DNA of 41,427 nt. It comes from a virus. Below are positions 40,519-41,427 of the stretch, one piece after another. Positions within the stretch are counted from its first letter, which is position 1, and each line of letters starts with the position of its first letter. The notes under the pieces are model-generated. The model was not told the origin of the DNA, did no database searches, and saw nothing but the letters and a program-made list of their open reading frames with translations. The stretch lies in the IMG/VR virus record IMGVR_UViG_3300037313_000496, positions 1 through 41,427 of that record, one strand, 5' to 3'. The position numbers and the translations under genes were made by a program.

Positions 40519-41427
40519 TCAGTCTGCTAACCCCGCGCGAGCCATTGCGCCTGCGATATGAGCATCCAATCCCTTCAATGAAGCCGCGCCCTTTGGCGAA
40601 CCATCAGACGACTTCACGGGCTGCGCTTTTTTGGCCTTTTCGACGGCCGCGAGACGCGCCTTTTCAGCATCCGCAGCGATCTTGGCTTGTTCGGCCGCAA
40701 TCGTCTGCTGATACAGTTCATCATCGAGACGAACTGATTTGCTGTAAGCGTTGTCCCAAGTATCGGCCTGCCCGGATGCAACCAGTTGGATCATGGCTTG
40801 GCTGACCCGCGCAAAGTGCGGGTATTTAAGCTGGCCACTGTCGTCCTTGGCTTGTCCGAGCGCGTCAAATTCGGCTTGCGCCCGCTGGCGTTCATGAAGA
40901 GCGGCTTGCTCATTCATCTGGCGCAACTGCTGTTCGAGGCTTGTGACCTTCTGGTGCAATTGCGGAACGACTGGATCGGCCACGAGGGCGTCACCAGTTT
41001 GTGAAATCGGAACACCCAGCGCGGTCAGCACATCAGCGACCGGGATTTGCCGGTGCTGAACGAGGTAAGCGATGGCTCCGGCGCGGTCCCGTGGGTTTCC
41101 TGACAGAAGGTTGCTTGCCACCTGGCCCGACTCCGCAATGAACTGCTGCGGTGTCATGCCCATGTGCTGAAGCAACGGGTTCAGTCGTTGAAACTCTCCT
41201 AGAACCGGCTCGATGCCCTTGCGCGTCTCGGCTACTTCTTGGGTCTTCCGTGTGTAGTCGGCTTCCATCGCCTTCGCGCGATCGGCCACAATCTCTTGGG
41301 CTTCACGCGGGAGTGCAGCGAATTTGGCCTTGTCCGCATCAGACCATCGTGCCGGCGGCTCAATAGGCTGCACGGTCGGTGCAGGTTGAGCAGCGGGGTC
41401 TTGCGCGGGTTGTGCCTCGGCCGGCGC
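40519..41427 (-). CDS. Scaffolding-like protein, C-terminal part (41301-41427 duplicates 1-127)
   Basis: Open frame to the window end. Continuous in frame with 376->1 once the 127-nt overlap is collapsed. Confidence 0.6.
   Translation of the reverse strand, partial: APAEAQPAQDPAAQPAPTVQPIEPPARWSDADKAKFAALPREAQEIVADRAKAMEADYTRKTQEVAETRKGIEPVLGEFQRLNPLLQHMGMTPQQFIAESGQVASNLLSGNPRDRAGAIAYLVQHRQIPVADVLTALGVPISQTGDALVADPVVPQLHQKVTSLEQQLRQMNEQAALHERQRAQAEFDALGQAKDDSGQLKYPHFARVSQAMIQLVASGQADTWDNAYSKSVRLDDELYQQTIAAEQAKIAADAEKARLAAVEKAKKAQPVKSSDGSPKGAASLKGLDAHIAGAMARAGLAD

Overview
The window is a complete, circularly closed genome of a temperate podovirus-like dsDNA phage. It has 41,300 unique bp, because bases 1-127 are repeated at 41301-41427. 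Hand counts give about 60-66% G+C in core genes. The host is probably an alphaproteobacterium, but that is inference from family resemblances only.

Layout:
- An immunity switch at 11.86-12.84 kb has two divergent XRE-type HTH genes and four copies of an operator-like 13-mer.
- From the switch, a plus-strand early operon (12.88-23.28 kb) carries candidate anti-defence genes, including a pentapeptide-repeat protein encoded by 14 near-identical 15-bp repeats. It also carries Rad52-type annealase, SSB, a NinB/DUF1367-like protein, HNH, adenine and cytosine methyltransferases, a Lar-like protein, an excisionase-like protein and a tyrosine integrase. A probable attP follows.
- From the switch, a minus-strand operon runs down through Cro-like HTH, a T5orf172/GIY-YIG-like protein, a DnaA-domain-IV protein, RusA and a DUF1376-HNH fusion. 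It continues into a candidate late-control region (5.3-6.5 kb), then terS/terL, portal, scaffold (wraps the junction), capsid, tail tube-like proteins, a GNAT, three internal virion proteins, two receptor-binding proteins and a lysis cassette.
- A small minus-strand accessory operon (DUF3310, SprT-like, DnaQ-like exonuclease) and a low-GC HNH-like gene lie between the lysis cassette and attP.

No rRNA, tRNA or CRISPR array was seen.

The most unusual feature is a dispersed family of 62-80-nt structured repeats. Six copies are confined to the early/regulatory arm and are conserved at nucleotide level across different strands and reading frames.

All family names are from motif recall without database searches.
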